Program-made: the position numbers and the translations under genes
In this document: in pieces, positions 1-11,843 of the stretch
Position numbering within the stretch: the first letter of the stretch is position 1
Layout: each line of letters opens with the position of its first letter
The notes under the pieces: generated by a model
Seen by the model: the letters and a program-made list of their open reading frames with translations, nothing else
The model's database searches: none
Told to the model about the DNA's origin: nothing
From: Tubiluchus corallicola
Lineage: Eukaryota > Animalia > Priapulida
Direction: 5' to 3'
DNA: 64,000 nucleotides
Assembly: GCA_030141605.1 (NCBI GenBank)
Contig: JAQGDQ010000439.1
Span: 1-64,000 of the forward strand

Positions 1-33
1 ATTGAAACAGTCCTAGTATCTAGTAGTATATAT

Positions 34-215
34 TACAGTGTACATGTTGAAATTGTCGTTGTATAGTGTACATATCGAAAATATCACTAGTATAGTGTAT
101 AATATGTTAAAAGTGTAATAGTATAGTGTACGCGTATAGTGCATAATGTTAAAACTGTAGTAATACAGTGCACGTGTTGAAACTGTCAGTAGCGTAGTGC
201 AAATATTGAAAATGA
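34..215. repeat. Degenerate ~28-bp tandem repeat (TATAGTGTACATGTTGAAA-like); mirrored at ~10556-10737
   Basis: Recurring tatagtgtac/tacagtgcac...gttgaaa units. Confidence 0.6.
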
Positions 216-745
216 ATGATAATAATTTTCACTATTCGTGACAGTATGCTCTGTGATTACACTAAGTACACAAGTTCAAGCTATTCGTTATTTCTTTTTT
301 CTTTTGCAATAATTTGTAGACAAACTCTTAACGTCTAGGGTTCAAATATGTATCAGGAGCATAATTCAGCATGATAAATTGTCTATGAACCTTATACGTC
401 AAATATATTTACAGTGTATATGTGTTATTTATCATTTGACAACGCCTTATTTCATCTGAGTCTTGAGCTTAAGATAAGCGTACCTGTAATACTATAACAT
501 GTAGTGATTTCTGTATATGAGTAAAAAACTGTCTAAAAGGTAAAGAACATTTGAATGTGGAGTACCCAGCATCAAATATATCTGACTTTTTCTTACTGTG
601 CCAAAACGTCTAACCCCGTTTGAATTTTACGAGATGAAAGTGTTGTGTACTTTTGACACCTTATTTTTATTAATAACCCTGACAGATACAATGAGACACC
701 AATAACCACTGTTAATGCAAGTCTTACAAGCTGGAATCAACTGAT

Positions 746-1388
746 ATGGCTGCCGCGTTAGCATTATTTATTTGTTTTTTAACTCTTTCTTCTGCTCAAC
801 TCACCTGGGAACGGGTTGAGTATGAAAACGGGAATAATCCCGGCCCTCGCAAGAATTTTGCGATGGGTTATCTGTATAACGGCAATATCATCGTTTTTGG
901 TGGTGTAAGCGATAGAATTTTGGGAGATACGTGGATTTTCAACATAGGTAAGTTTTTTCAGGTAATTTGTATAGTGTGGAAAACAACTGTATAATACAAA
1001 TTGCTGTATATTATTCTTCATACTCGACGTCTGCATAATGTGAAAAGGGAATACGACGACGATGATGGTGATGAAGATGATGATGATGATGATGATGACG
1101 ATGACAATGACGATGACGATGGTGGTGATGATGATGATAACCATGACCACGATTGTCACAGTTTATAGCCAATCTCATAGAAATAAAAGGAGCTTACTGT
1201 CAAAGTACAATGCTTACTTCATTGTCTCAGAGACGAGAAAATGGCGTGAGGTGAACAGTGCACATTCGCCACAAGCACGAGTGCTCATGGTCAGCGGTTT
1301 CTCTAAAGAAACGTCAACTACATCGCCACAGGAGGAGATTCGATTATGATGCCAAAACTTGGTAAATGACGTGGAGTCTAATGCAGTG
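746..1388 (+). pseudogene. Truncated duplicate of exons 1-2 of the Kelch/cytochrome b561 gene
   Basis: The exon 1 copy (746-947) is intact. The exon 2 copy starts at 1231 but is frameshifted by several indels after about 1310 (stop at 1349). No further exon copies follow. Confidence 0.8.
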
Positions 1389-2026
1389 TAAGTTCCAAGA
1401 TACAAAACGGAATTGTTACTACAGATATTTTTTAAGATTACGAAATCGTGCACTGTTGAAGCAGGTAAAGTAAGCACCTTTACCTATTATGTCCTCCATA
1501 ATTTCGCTGATTATATTAATACCATATATAACGACATAACATAACAACATAATAACTTCACAACATGACATGTAAATAAAACAAAATAGTGTTAGTCAAC
1601 GTCACGAAATTAACAATTCAATATATCATCATGGGATTCTTTACTTCCGACACACTTACTGTCTTTATTACATGAGGAAAACAGACTCCTATAGTCTACG
1701 TGGGGAAAAACTAACTTACCTCTAACTACAGTTTGTACATATTAAGTTAAGAGATAACTTTGCCTCTTAACGTGCGGAAAAACCAGCTCCGTCAACTATC
1801 ACTGTTGTCAGAATTTTCCTAACGAGTTATTTTCTGCCTTGGACTTTATACTAGCCTATTCATTAAACAATTACACGGTTAATGATGCGATGACACAGGT
1901 TTCCTATATACATACTTGCGCAATAAAACTTCAGAAGTAATTTATGTACTCTTTCTTTAAGTACTTCATACAATTATTTGTACAGAGCAAATAGTAATTT
2001 GCTTACTTCGGAAAAGTGTTTCTGAC

Positions 2027-2316
<290 letters not shown>

Positions 2317-2348
2317 TTACATTTTAAAAAATTTAGTGTAAAACTTAC

Positions 2349-2488
2349 ATCACAGCATTAAGTGGTTGAGTTACACCCAGCGCCATGGCTATGAGTCCAA
2401 TGATACCATGAAAGAGTTTGAAGTGAGACGATCTAACTGATAGAACTGCACATATGAATCCGCTGATGGCAAACATTATACCTAATAA
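2349..2488 (-). CDS. Kelch/cytochrome b561 protein, exon 8 (b561 TM2-TM3)
   Basis: tttcag|LLGIMFAISGFICAVLSVRSSHFKLFHGIIGLIAMALGVTQPLNAV|gtaagt. Contains the HGIIG heme-ligand motif and the QP motif of CYBDOM/FRRS1-type b561. Confidence 0.88.
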
Positions 2489-2988
2489 CTGAAAGATCGA
2501 AATACAATTAAAGTAGTTTAGGCTAAAAGATTTTTATCCAGTGTTTTTTTGCTGCTATATGTAAGTTTGTCTAGTCGTCATAAAGTTGAGGTCTGAGTTT
2601 CAAAACTCCGAGGTTCAAATGCAGGTTATATTGTTCTTATATCTCCGTTTTAAAAGTTTCTTAAAATTTAATGAAATCGAACAATAGTTGTGAATTCATT
2701 TCATTTTTCCTTCTGCATCTACGTCAAAATTTACGGATGAAATGCGATTGAATGTCTCTATTTCTTGTTTAAATAAGTTAAATTTGTAATGTTATAATTA
2801 AGTAAGTTTATTTCACGCAACACGACTTAAAACACCAAAATTGAACTGATAATTTAGAATCACATTTTATCACCCTTTTATCACTTCGTACATTATATAA
2901 CAATTCATATTCTTGCAACCAGATTTATTACTGAAACCTTTATAATCCGAGAAGAAAGCAAAATTCAACCGGTTCATATTTCACACAC

Positions 2989-3226
2989 CTGCACTGTTTT
3001 ATGAACACGAAACCAAGCGGGATCTTTGTGACGAAAAAATCTTGAGCTGAACATTCCTACTGGTATGAGGACAGCCCATCCTAAGAGCATACAGACGGCG
3101 TGCAGCATAATGAGATTGAAGAATGTCTTCAGTGGTCCTCCACACTTATCACCAGTTGGTGCTTTGTCAGCAGAAGTGGCGTTGCCTCTTAATAACCACA
3201 TGTCATCAAGTAAGGTTTTGCTGTCG
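2989..3226 (-). CDS. Kelch/cytochrome b561 protein, exon 7 (end of last Kelch blade, b561 TM1)
   Basis: ttctag|DSKTLLDDMWLL...LIMLHAVCMLLGWAVLIPVGMFSSRFFRHKDPAWFRVHKTVQ|gtgtgt. HxxxMxxGW and WFxxH are cytochrome b561 signatures; the phase matches exon 6. Confidence 0.92.
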
Positions 3227-3761
3227 CTAGAAGTACACATTTTTTTATTACTTTGATTTCTATACGCTTATAAAAACTCATAAATATTTTATTTATTAAT
3301 TAAATGTATATTTATTTAAATGTATGAATAATAAATGTATTTATTCATTAACATTTAAAAATATTTTCAATCTAAAACGTATAGCAAATTATATTTGCAG
3401 AAATCACGGTGCAAACAGCATAATCGCAAGTGAACGTTGCTATTCTGGTGTCGTAGGCAATTAATATGGACCGTTTCCGTTGTAACTTAAAAACACCATG
3501 TGAATTATTCTTTGCTGTGATTTTGTTTCGAGATTCTCAGTCTTGTTCACGTGTTGGCGCGCCATCTCAAGGCTGAGAAATTGAACTGCGTAACCGAATG
3601 TACAATTTATTTCCCTAGCTAACTAGCTGTCAATGCGGTTTTGCCGTATTCAAAATTTAATAACGTACAAAATTTCCCGTTAAGTCATAAGTCATTTCAC
3701 ATGGCACATTTACAATAGTTTCGTGTACAAAATATGGTGAAAGGGCCTACAATGAACATAA

Positions 3762-6700
3762 ATAAGTTCTTATTGTTTCTGTACAAGAAATGTCTCACAC
3801 TATGTTTGCTTATATACAAATGTAAATGTGTTGCGGGCAATCAAAAAGCAGGGTTTGTTAGATTGTCTCACCCTGTGAAAGAAAAAAAGTGATGAAAATA
3901 AGCTAGAAATTTGAAGTGAATCGATAAAGAAAACATCCAGTGTTTCAAAATGGAATGATATGATGAATATAGCTCATATGTGATAACTACCTCATATGAT
4001 ATAAAAGGTAGAAAGGCTATTATTTGTTAAATTATTAGTATGTATATTAGTCGTAATATTAAGCATGTGTGTATGCAAATTAAGATAACTTGATTAAGAT
4101 ACCCGGCCTGTTTTGCTACCACTGTGAGGAGTACTCATTGGTATTTACTTAAAATTTGATTTTTTAGCATTTTTTAAATCTAGTATTAGATCTGCTGTTT
4201 TTTGCAGATTGACAAATCTCATTCCAGACTTTTCATTCTTGAAATATTATAAAATGTTTAGCTACGATGGTTTTACAGAAAGGCACAATGTATTGATTAT
4301 ATCTTGTATTATGTCTCTTAGACGCAACAATAGTTTATTATTGAATTATACATAAATGCTGCAATATATAATTTAATTAAATCATCTAATTGCATAATGC
4401 TACATTTACGGTAACGAAGCAAAGGCACTTCACTACGTTTCTGTAGGCCATACATTAACCTCAAAAATTTTCGTTGCAACGTTTTTAAACATTTCAGTTT
4501 AGACGGATATGTGGGACCCAATATCATGATGCAATAATTGAAATAAGGTAAAACCAGGCTATTATACAAGATTAGTAAGTGTTGTTTCGAAAGACTATGT
4601 TTGATATGAGTAATGATGCCTATATTTTTAGCAATTTTGAGTCTGGTAGTGGAGATATGCGTTTGCCGGTCTAAGTGTTTATGTAAGACAATACCTAAGA
4701 ATTTAATTTGTTTTACATGTTGAATGTTAGTACTTTCAATTTGTAATGTCAAATTTGGCATTCTCTTGTTTCTTGATCTAAAATTTGGAAGTATTTAGTG
4801 ATGATTTATTACTCCCAAGCCAATTTGATATTTGCTGCAATTCATTGTTTTTTACTGCTTCATTAACAGTATTATAATGTTTAAATATTAAACTGGTATC
4901 ATCAGCAAACTGCAGGATTTTTCCATTATTAACACAATGTTTTATATCATTGATGTGCACCAGAAACAAGAGTGGGCCAAGTATCGACTCTTGTGGAACA
5001 CCCAAGATACTACATTTGAATAAAATATACAGTCATTATCCTTTACTGCTTGTAGCCTGCCAGAGAGGTAACTTACAAACCAGTTGTTTGCAACACCTCT
5101 TATTCCATAGTGGCATAATTTGTTAATTAAAATTTTATGATCAACGGTGTCAAAAGCTTTTGACAAATCACAGAATATACTCACAGATAACTTATTATCA
5201 TTAGTATCTCTAATTATGTTGGTCAGCATATCAATTAAAGCCATTTCTGTAGTACTACCTTTACGAAATCTATACTGTGCGTCATTTAATACACTTTGTT
5301 TATGTAAATAATCTGTAAGTTGCAAAGACACACATTTCTCAATAATTTTCGAAAAACATGGCAGTAAAACAAACGGGTCTGTAATTATTAGTAGAGTGCG
5401 GATCGTCCGTTTTATGAATAGGAACTATTATGGATTGCTTTAGCTTATTAGGGACAATTCCAGAGGTAAGTGATAAATTAATAATATGGGTAAAAGGTAG
5501 TGCAATATATTCTATATCAAGAATTATTCTGGGAGAGAGCTGATCAATAAATTATTTGGATGGAATGACTTGCAGATTCTAATGATTTTATCTTTTGTTA
5601 CAGGTTTAAAGAAGAAGGAATGTGGGTAATTTGGGTCAGTTTTTGTAGGATCAACGTTGTTTGATACATTTACAAAAAAGTCATTAAAGGGATCAGCAAT
5701 TATATTTTTGTCGTTAATTAAATGATCATTTACTTTTATAGAAGCAGGCACGGATTCATGAGATTTATGCATCAATTCCTTCATTACGTTCCAGGTTTTG
5801 TTTATATTATTTTGATAAGTTAATAATTTCTGTTGATAATAATTTTGCTTGGAAATTTTTTATCAAATTAGTAAGTTGATTTCTGTGCTGCATATGTTGT
5901 TCCTTATTGATTTTGTTTTTAAGCACAGATCGATAAATCTGAAATAACTTTTTCTTTGACACGTTCATTACATTGATAAAGCGATCACAAAGTTTGGTAA
6001 GTGGTCAGATATATCAGTCAATAAGTTACCAGCTATGTAATTATGCTCCAAGTTATTTATCCATATGTTATCAAAGCGAATGGTTGCAAGACTAGTTATT
6101 CTTGTCGGCCGAGTGATAACAGGAAAAACGAAGCTTGAAATCATTGTCTAAATAGTAATTTGTATTACTGTGTAGCACTGTATTTGTAGCACAGATATTG
6201 AAATCACCTGTAGTAATTAAGTGTTTTAATTGGCAATTCAATGAATTGGTTATTGTTGTAAGTTTATCAATAAACGTTACGTCACCTGATGGTCATCATA
6301 ATAATTGCTGGCTTCAATATTATTTGGCCCATTAAAATAGTGTTGATCTGGATCCAGTTCAGTAATGGGTAAAGAGAATGTGTCATTGCTTTCAAATAAA
6401 TTTAAATTAAGTAATTTATTGTCTATTATAGATCCAATACTAGGATACCTAGTGATTAATTTGAATTCATCGTCATCAGAGATATTGTTAAAGGGAAGAA
6501 TAGTTTGCCAACAGAAATGACAGAACCAATTTCCATTCTTGATAGTTAAATTATTGCAGTCAGTCAAGGTTAAATTTGTATATTTAAGATGCATCCAATA
6601 CTCACAGCAATTGTAAAACTGAGGCAAGTTAAAACAGATTAAATACGGGGGTTTTTGCTTGAAGCATATAACAATAGCAACGTTGAGGAATAGACGGAAA
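3762..6700 (-). mobile_element. Degenerate CR1-group (CR1/L2/Crack-like) LINE in intron 6, with PHD finger, endonuclease remnant and RT
   Basis: Fragments CYIC...CCEYWMH...WFCHFC (PHD), [39 protein letters not shown] and FADDT; many frameshifts; 3' stem-loop at ~3834-3870. Confidence 0.9.
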
Positions 6701-7104
6701 GAAAAGAATTATAAAGAACATCCCAAAAATCTTTACATACAAAATTACATTACTTAGCATTACGCTTACCTGTTTGAAAGATTTATGTAACGGATTTTTT
6801 TTTAAATAATTTAAAATCTTCGCGCCAACTGGCAAATATTTATTACTGTTTAACCACCCCAATGTGCACCACTGGCTCACTGAAAAACACATTTTTGATC
6901 TTATCGACAATTTAAAGTAATTTACACTTTTGCTTAGTTGGCTAAAACTGTGCTACGTTAACGAAGTTTTGCAAAAATTGTAAAATACGCGTTTGCTAAC
7001 TTTTTTAGCAAAGAAATTTCGCCATTGTGTCCAGATTCTCTTTTCAGTTTCTTAGATTTTAACATACGTGCTTGTATCATGGCAGACAAACAGAAAATAT
7101 TTAC

Positions 7105-7190
7105 TTCACTGATTCACCGCCATACACCAACAACCCCTCAGGAACAGTCACCATTGCATGACCATTTCTTTTTGTTGGTGTGACATCACC
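7105..7190 (-). CDS. Kelch/cytochrome b561 protein, exon 6
   Basis: aaacag|GDVTPTKRNGHAMVTVPEGLLVYGGESV|gtaaat; Kelch PxxRxxHxM...YGG pattern. Confidence 0.88.
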
Positions 7191-7462
7191 CTGTTTATAA
7201 AAAGGAAATTAGTAAAGAAGCATGGAAAAGGATTAAGGTTATAACGTCGAATAATAATCATGTAAATTCGTGAATTGTGTTCTAAAACAGAGTTTCGGTG
7301 CCCAGAAGAGTGAGATGTTTGATGATCTAGAAGATATTGTAGTTTCAGATGACTGTATTTGAGATAATGATGACAGAGTTACGGAAGATATATAAGCTTT
7401 CTCATATTCCTTATAAACCGCGTTGGATAAGAAATTCAATAAGTTCGTTCAATAAGAAATTT

Positions 7463-7630
7463 TGAATCTGTACCAAAAATTGAAACCATTTTTCTTGTCA
7501 GATGCTCTACTTTCCACAAAGTTTCGTGAAAATCGGTGAAGTAGTTTTTGCGTAATTTTGCTAACCAGCCGGCCAACCGACCAACAAACGAAGTGCGATA
7601 AAAACTTTACCGCTTAGGCAGAAGTAATTA
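7463..7630. mobile_element. Non-autonomous repeat remnant (Helentron/DINE-like)
   Basis: aagtttcgtgaaaatcgg...tttttgcgtaat...ctaacc, then a short degenerate tetranucleotide tract and a terminal ...ggcagaagtaat. This resembles, from memory, a common aquatic-animal repeat type. Confidence 0.4.
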
Positions 7631-7698
7631 CTAAGAACAATGGATATAATTTATTTACTAGCCAAGTAGAGGATTTTTCCCCCGAGTCTAATTCATAC

Positions 7699-7773
7699 CT
7701 GCGTTAGTTTCAATGTCCATTTCAGAGTGGAAGGGTTAAGTACTGCTATCTCTTCAGGAGGTGCAAGCTTTAT
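7699..7773 (-). CDS. Kelch/cytochrome b561 protein, exon 5
   Basis: ttacag|IKLAPPEEIAVLNPSTLKWTLKLTQ|gtatga; phase 0/0; Kelch NPxxxxW. Confidence 0.85.
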
Positions 7774-7870
7774 CTGTAAAGTACGGTACAAAAACAGATA
7801 ACTGACAAGTTTATGAGTAATTGAAGATTATTTTTGCTGAATAATGAGTACAGACAAAGAAGTTTCTTAC

Positions 7871-8132
7871 AAAGAGCATTTGTGAGCTATCTTCTTCTCC
7901 TCCATATAGGACAACTCTTTGCTCGCCATTTATTTCAGGTAAAGCAGCCATTGCAGCATAGTTTCTGGGAGAACTACAGTAAGGCAGTTGCGTCCAGGCG
8001 TTGGGTTTATCAGGGTGATTATATATCCAGGAATCATAAGAGGGGCATGGGCCTCCTGTACCCTCGCCACTCAGACAACCTCCATAAATTAGCAATTTGT
8101 CTGGGTCATACATAACACCACTGTGAAGCCAT
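7871..8132 (-). CDS. Kelch/cytochrome b561 protein, exon 4
   Basis: tttcag|WLHSGVMYDPDKLLIYGGCLSG...DSWIY...WTQLPYCSSPRNYAAMAAL...VVLYGGEE|gtaaga. Confidence 0.92.
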
Positions 8133-8738
8133 CTGAAAAGAAAAAATGGCTTCTTATGCATTTTGCTAAGAAAATGTGCCAGCAAAACTTTTTAATTGTT
8201 GGGTAAGAAAAATATCAAACTCAGCATTCCAAGCCTCAAAATGCGTTGACTTGTTTGATTGTAGTTTCTAGGTTTTTGGAAGCATAAGCGGTGTCTTAGT
8301 ATGAAAAATAACTAAGAAACTGATGAAACAATTTGCCTTCAACCAACTTTTGTTTACAGAAAACTGGCAGTATTAAAAGAGTTTCTTTAGTGTACGTGAT
8401 ATCAATTTGATATGACGAACAAGGCTTAGTATAAAGCTTAGATCTGTCACCGCCCGCTTATATGTACCACAGTAGACACACTGTTTGTATAACCATTTCC
8501 TTTATTTTCTGGCGTGCTTTTATGATGATATGAACAAGTGTTGTTAGTTTATATACGTAATCTGTATGCCGCAAATAGTTTATATATAGAAATTTTAAAC
8601 TACTAAGCGTGACGGTAAGCATTGCATGTACATATACGGAAAAAAACTAAGAAAACAGGTAAAAGGAGCTTATTTATATCGGGAAAAGTGGTTTACCAAA
8701 TCACCACTCATTGATAAACAATACAGCTGTAAGCGTAC

Positions 8739-8969
8739 CTTCCATGAGGGTTTTTTATAGTGTATGAAGACCAGCTACTGTGTATTTCCTTTATAGTTTT
8801 ATTTTCAAAATCAAGGGCATTCAGATCTTTGAAGTATGTATCGTCTTCAGGTGCGAATCCTAGTGAAATGTAAAACTTCTTTCCATCAGGATGGATCCCT
8901 CCAGCAGAGCCACGCCTTGCTTTAAGATCGCCAGTAAATTGGGAAGTTACATCAGCCCATTCTTCAGTT
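8739..8969 (-). CDS. Kelch/cytochrome b561 protein, exon 3
   Basis: ttacag|TEEWADVTSQFTGDLKARRGSAGGIHPDGKKFYISLGFAPEDDTYFKDLNALDFENKTIKEIHSSWSSYTIKNPHGR|gtacgc; open frame, phase 2/2. Not in the ORF track. Confidence 0.88.
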
Positions 8970-9371
8970 CTGTAATTATCATTATACTACCTGATTAAAT
9001 AAACAGATTAAAGTCAATAATATGCCTTTTTGGTAGCTAAATTTCTACGCACAAGTTTTCACTCAAATGTTAGTGTTTGTCACTAAGAGAAGTTCAAAGC
9101 TTCTTAACAAAGGCATGTATGTAAAGACTAGACATGACAAAAGGGCAATTTGTTTCAAAAAAGCCTTGCATCAGTATCTGAAAAACGTATGACTACTATA
9201 TACTATATGTACACTGAACATGAAGGATCTGGGGAAATGGTACATGGAGAGTTGTGGAGGACATAATAGGTAAAGGTGCTTACTTTACATATAGCTATGT
9301 TCGCACGATTTCGTAATCTTAAAAAATATCTGTTAATGTAAATTCCGTTTTGTATGTATCTTGGAACTTAC

Positions 9372-9534
9372 ACTGCGTCGAACTCCCACACGTCATTTGT
9401 AAGTTTGGCATCATAATCAGATCCTCCTCCTGTGGCGATGTAGAATTTGTTAGTTTCTTTAGAGAAACCGCTGACCATGAGCACTCGTGCTTGTGGCGAA
9501 TGTGCACTGTTCACCTCACGCCATTTTCTCGTCT
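9372..9534 (-). CDS. Kelch/cytochrome b561 protein, exon 2
   Basis: tctcag|ETRKWREVNSAHSPQARVLMVSG...FYIATGGG...TNDVWEFDAV|gtaagt. Confidence 0.9.
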
Positions 9535-9625
9535 CTGAGACAATGAAGTAAGCATTGTACTTTGACAGTAAGCTCCTTTTATTTCTATGAGATTGGCTAT
9601 AAACTGTGACAATCGTGGTCATGGT

Positions 9626-9717
9626 TATCATCATCATCACCACCATCGTCATCGTCATTGTCATCGTCATCATCATCATCATCATCATCATCATCTTCAT
9701 CACCATCATCGTCGTCG
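9626..9717. repeat. (CAT/CGT)n microsatellite in intron 1; mirror copy at ~1054-1140
   Basis: Visible directly. Confidence 0.95.
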
Positions 9718-9823
9718 TATTCCCTTTTCACATTATGCAGACGTCGAGTATGAAGAATAATATACAGCAATTTGTATTATACAGTTGTTTTCCACACTAT
9801 ACAAATTACCTGAAAAAACTTAC

Positions 9824-10025
9824 CTATGTTGAAAATCCACGTATCTCCCAAAATTCTATCGCTTACACCACCAAAAACGATGATATTGCCGTTATACAGA
9901 TAACCCATCGCAAAATTCTTGCGAGGGCCGGGATTATTCCCGTTTTCATACTCAACCCGTTCCCAGGTGAGTTGAGCAGAAGAAAGAGTTAAAAAACAAA
10001 TAAATAATGCTAACGCGGCAGCCAT
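9824..10025 (-). CDS. Kelch/cytochrome b561 protein, exon 1 (signal peptide and first Kelch blade)
   Basis: Hydrophobic leader MAAALALFICFLTLSSA, then PGPRKNFAMGY...IIVFGG...LGDTWIFN; donor g|gtaagt. Confidence 0.9.
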
Positions 10026-10865
10026 ATCAGTTAATTCCAGCTTGTAAGACTTGCATTAACAGTGGTTATTGGTGTCTCATTGTATCTGTCAGGGTTATTA
10101 ATAAAAATAAGGTGTCAAAAGTACACAACACTTTCATCTCGTAAAATTCAAACGGGGTTAGACGTTTTGGCACAGTAACAAAAAGTCAGATATATTTGAT
10201 GCTGGGTACTCCACATTCAAATGTTCTTTACCTTTTAGACAGTTTTTTACTCATATACAGAAATCACTACATGTTATAGTATTACAGGTACGCTTATCTT
10301 AAGCTCAAGACTCAGATGAAATAAGGCGTTGTCAAATGATAAATAACACATATACACTGTAAATATATTTGACGTATAAGGTTCATAGACAATTTATCAT
10401 GCTGAATTATGCTCCTGATACATATTTGAACACTAGACGTTAAGAGTTTGTCTACAAATTATTGCAAAAGAAAAAAGAAATAACGAATAGCTTGAACTTG
10501 TGTACTTAGTGTAATCACAGAGCATACTGTCACGAATAGTGAAAATTATTATCATTCATTTTCAATATTTGCACTACGCTACTGACAGTTTCAACACGTG
10601 CACTGTATTACTACAGTTTTAACATTATGCACTATACGCGTACACTATACTATTACACTTTTAACATATTATACACTATACTAGTGATATTTTCGATATG
10701 TACACTATACAACGACAATTTCAACATGTACACTGTAATATATACTACTAGATACTAGGACTGTTTCAATATATGTCCTACGCTATTGACGAATATGTTC
10801 AATAAGTACAAAAAGTCAGGGTTTCATGGGTTTCGTGACTTCGGGGGCTATCCGAAAATTTCTAA

Positions 10866-11016
10866 TGGTGCTGTCAGACGTAGAAACTTCTCTCGCATCT
10901 TGTTGCACAACTTCTTCGTGAGAGTAAAGTTGCAACGTGTGAACTTTTTGGCAACTTCTCTCATAGAGAAGTTTCACAACAAGTTGCGAGAGAAGTCTCC
11001 ACGTCTGAACGCGCCA
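10866..11016. mobile_element. PIF/Harbinger-type (Tourist-like) MITE
   Basis: Imperfect TIRs of about 50 bp (TGGTGCTGTCAGACGTAGAAACTTCTCTCGCA... / ...TGCGAGAGAAGTCTCCACGTCTGAACGCGCCA), flanked on both sides by TAA. Confidence 0.85.
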
Positions 11017-11220
11017 TAACTGTAACAGTCGCTAAATATGCACCAAAAGTTATCTAAATAGTAGCAAAACATGCTGGGTGTTCATCGTTGTCACTTCGAT
11101 GGGAAATTTTAAAATGTTTAATACAGGTTTTGTTACGCCAAGTTTTTATGCAAAGTGCTGATTTGTTATACATGCAATTTTACTGACCAAGCGAACATGT
11201 CATTGTGTTTACTTGAACTA

Positions 11221-11843
11221 CTTTAATCTATTCAAACTAGGTGTATAATTATTGCTACGGCTAACCGTCTCCATATTTAACTGACAAAAAAGCAAAACTT
11301 TTAATGTAGAAATCTTACACAAGAAGATAAAATAAAAACGAAAAGTACAATGACAACTTATAAGAAAAATGGAAGACTGAAGAATTTGTAAAGAAAGCAC
11401 TGAATATGTGGCAATAATGCAAGTAAAATTATACGTATGAAGTTTAATCTTCGTTAATCTTCGTTAAAATATAATAGGTTGAGTGGAAAGAAAGTTATAT
11501 AACTGCTACAATCGTTACACAGCCGTGATCTTAAAAGTTAGAAGTTATGTAACAAATTAGTTAGTTCATTTCAGTTTCTATTCAGCTTAATTAAATGTAG
11601 CTGTACGCTGATTTTTCCAGCAAGAAAATCTGTCACAACTGTATTAGCATTAATTTCGCCATTAAATTATAACTGATACATAATGAATTAAATATGAATG
11701 CATTAGTAAGTTTTTGTTAGGCACTAGATGTTAGTGTCCAAACAATTGGATTCTACTCGTTTTGAACGTTAAATGTATTATAGTCTCGAAGTCCATGTTT
11801 TTAAGTCCACGAATCCCGACACCCGAAGAACTGAGACCAAAAA
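11221..11843 (+). repeat. Dispersed non-coding repeat, copy 1 (copy 2 at ~34460-35152)
   Basis: Collinear shared blocks, e.g. ttcgttaaaatataatagg, attaatttcgccattaaattata, gttaggcactagatgttag, cccgaagaactg. Confidence 0.85.

Larger units (their letters stand above)
1..1498 (+). repeat. Inverted duplicate of 9255-10770 (promoter region, exons 1-2 of the Kelch/cytochrome b561 gene)
   Basis: Base 1 pairs with 10770, and ORF 746..994(+) is identical to 9777..10025(-). Up to about 1310 I saw only substitutions at 339, 592 and 738 plus a 6-nt microsatellite length difference. The copy may continue beyond the left window edge. Confidence 0.97.
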
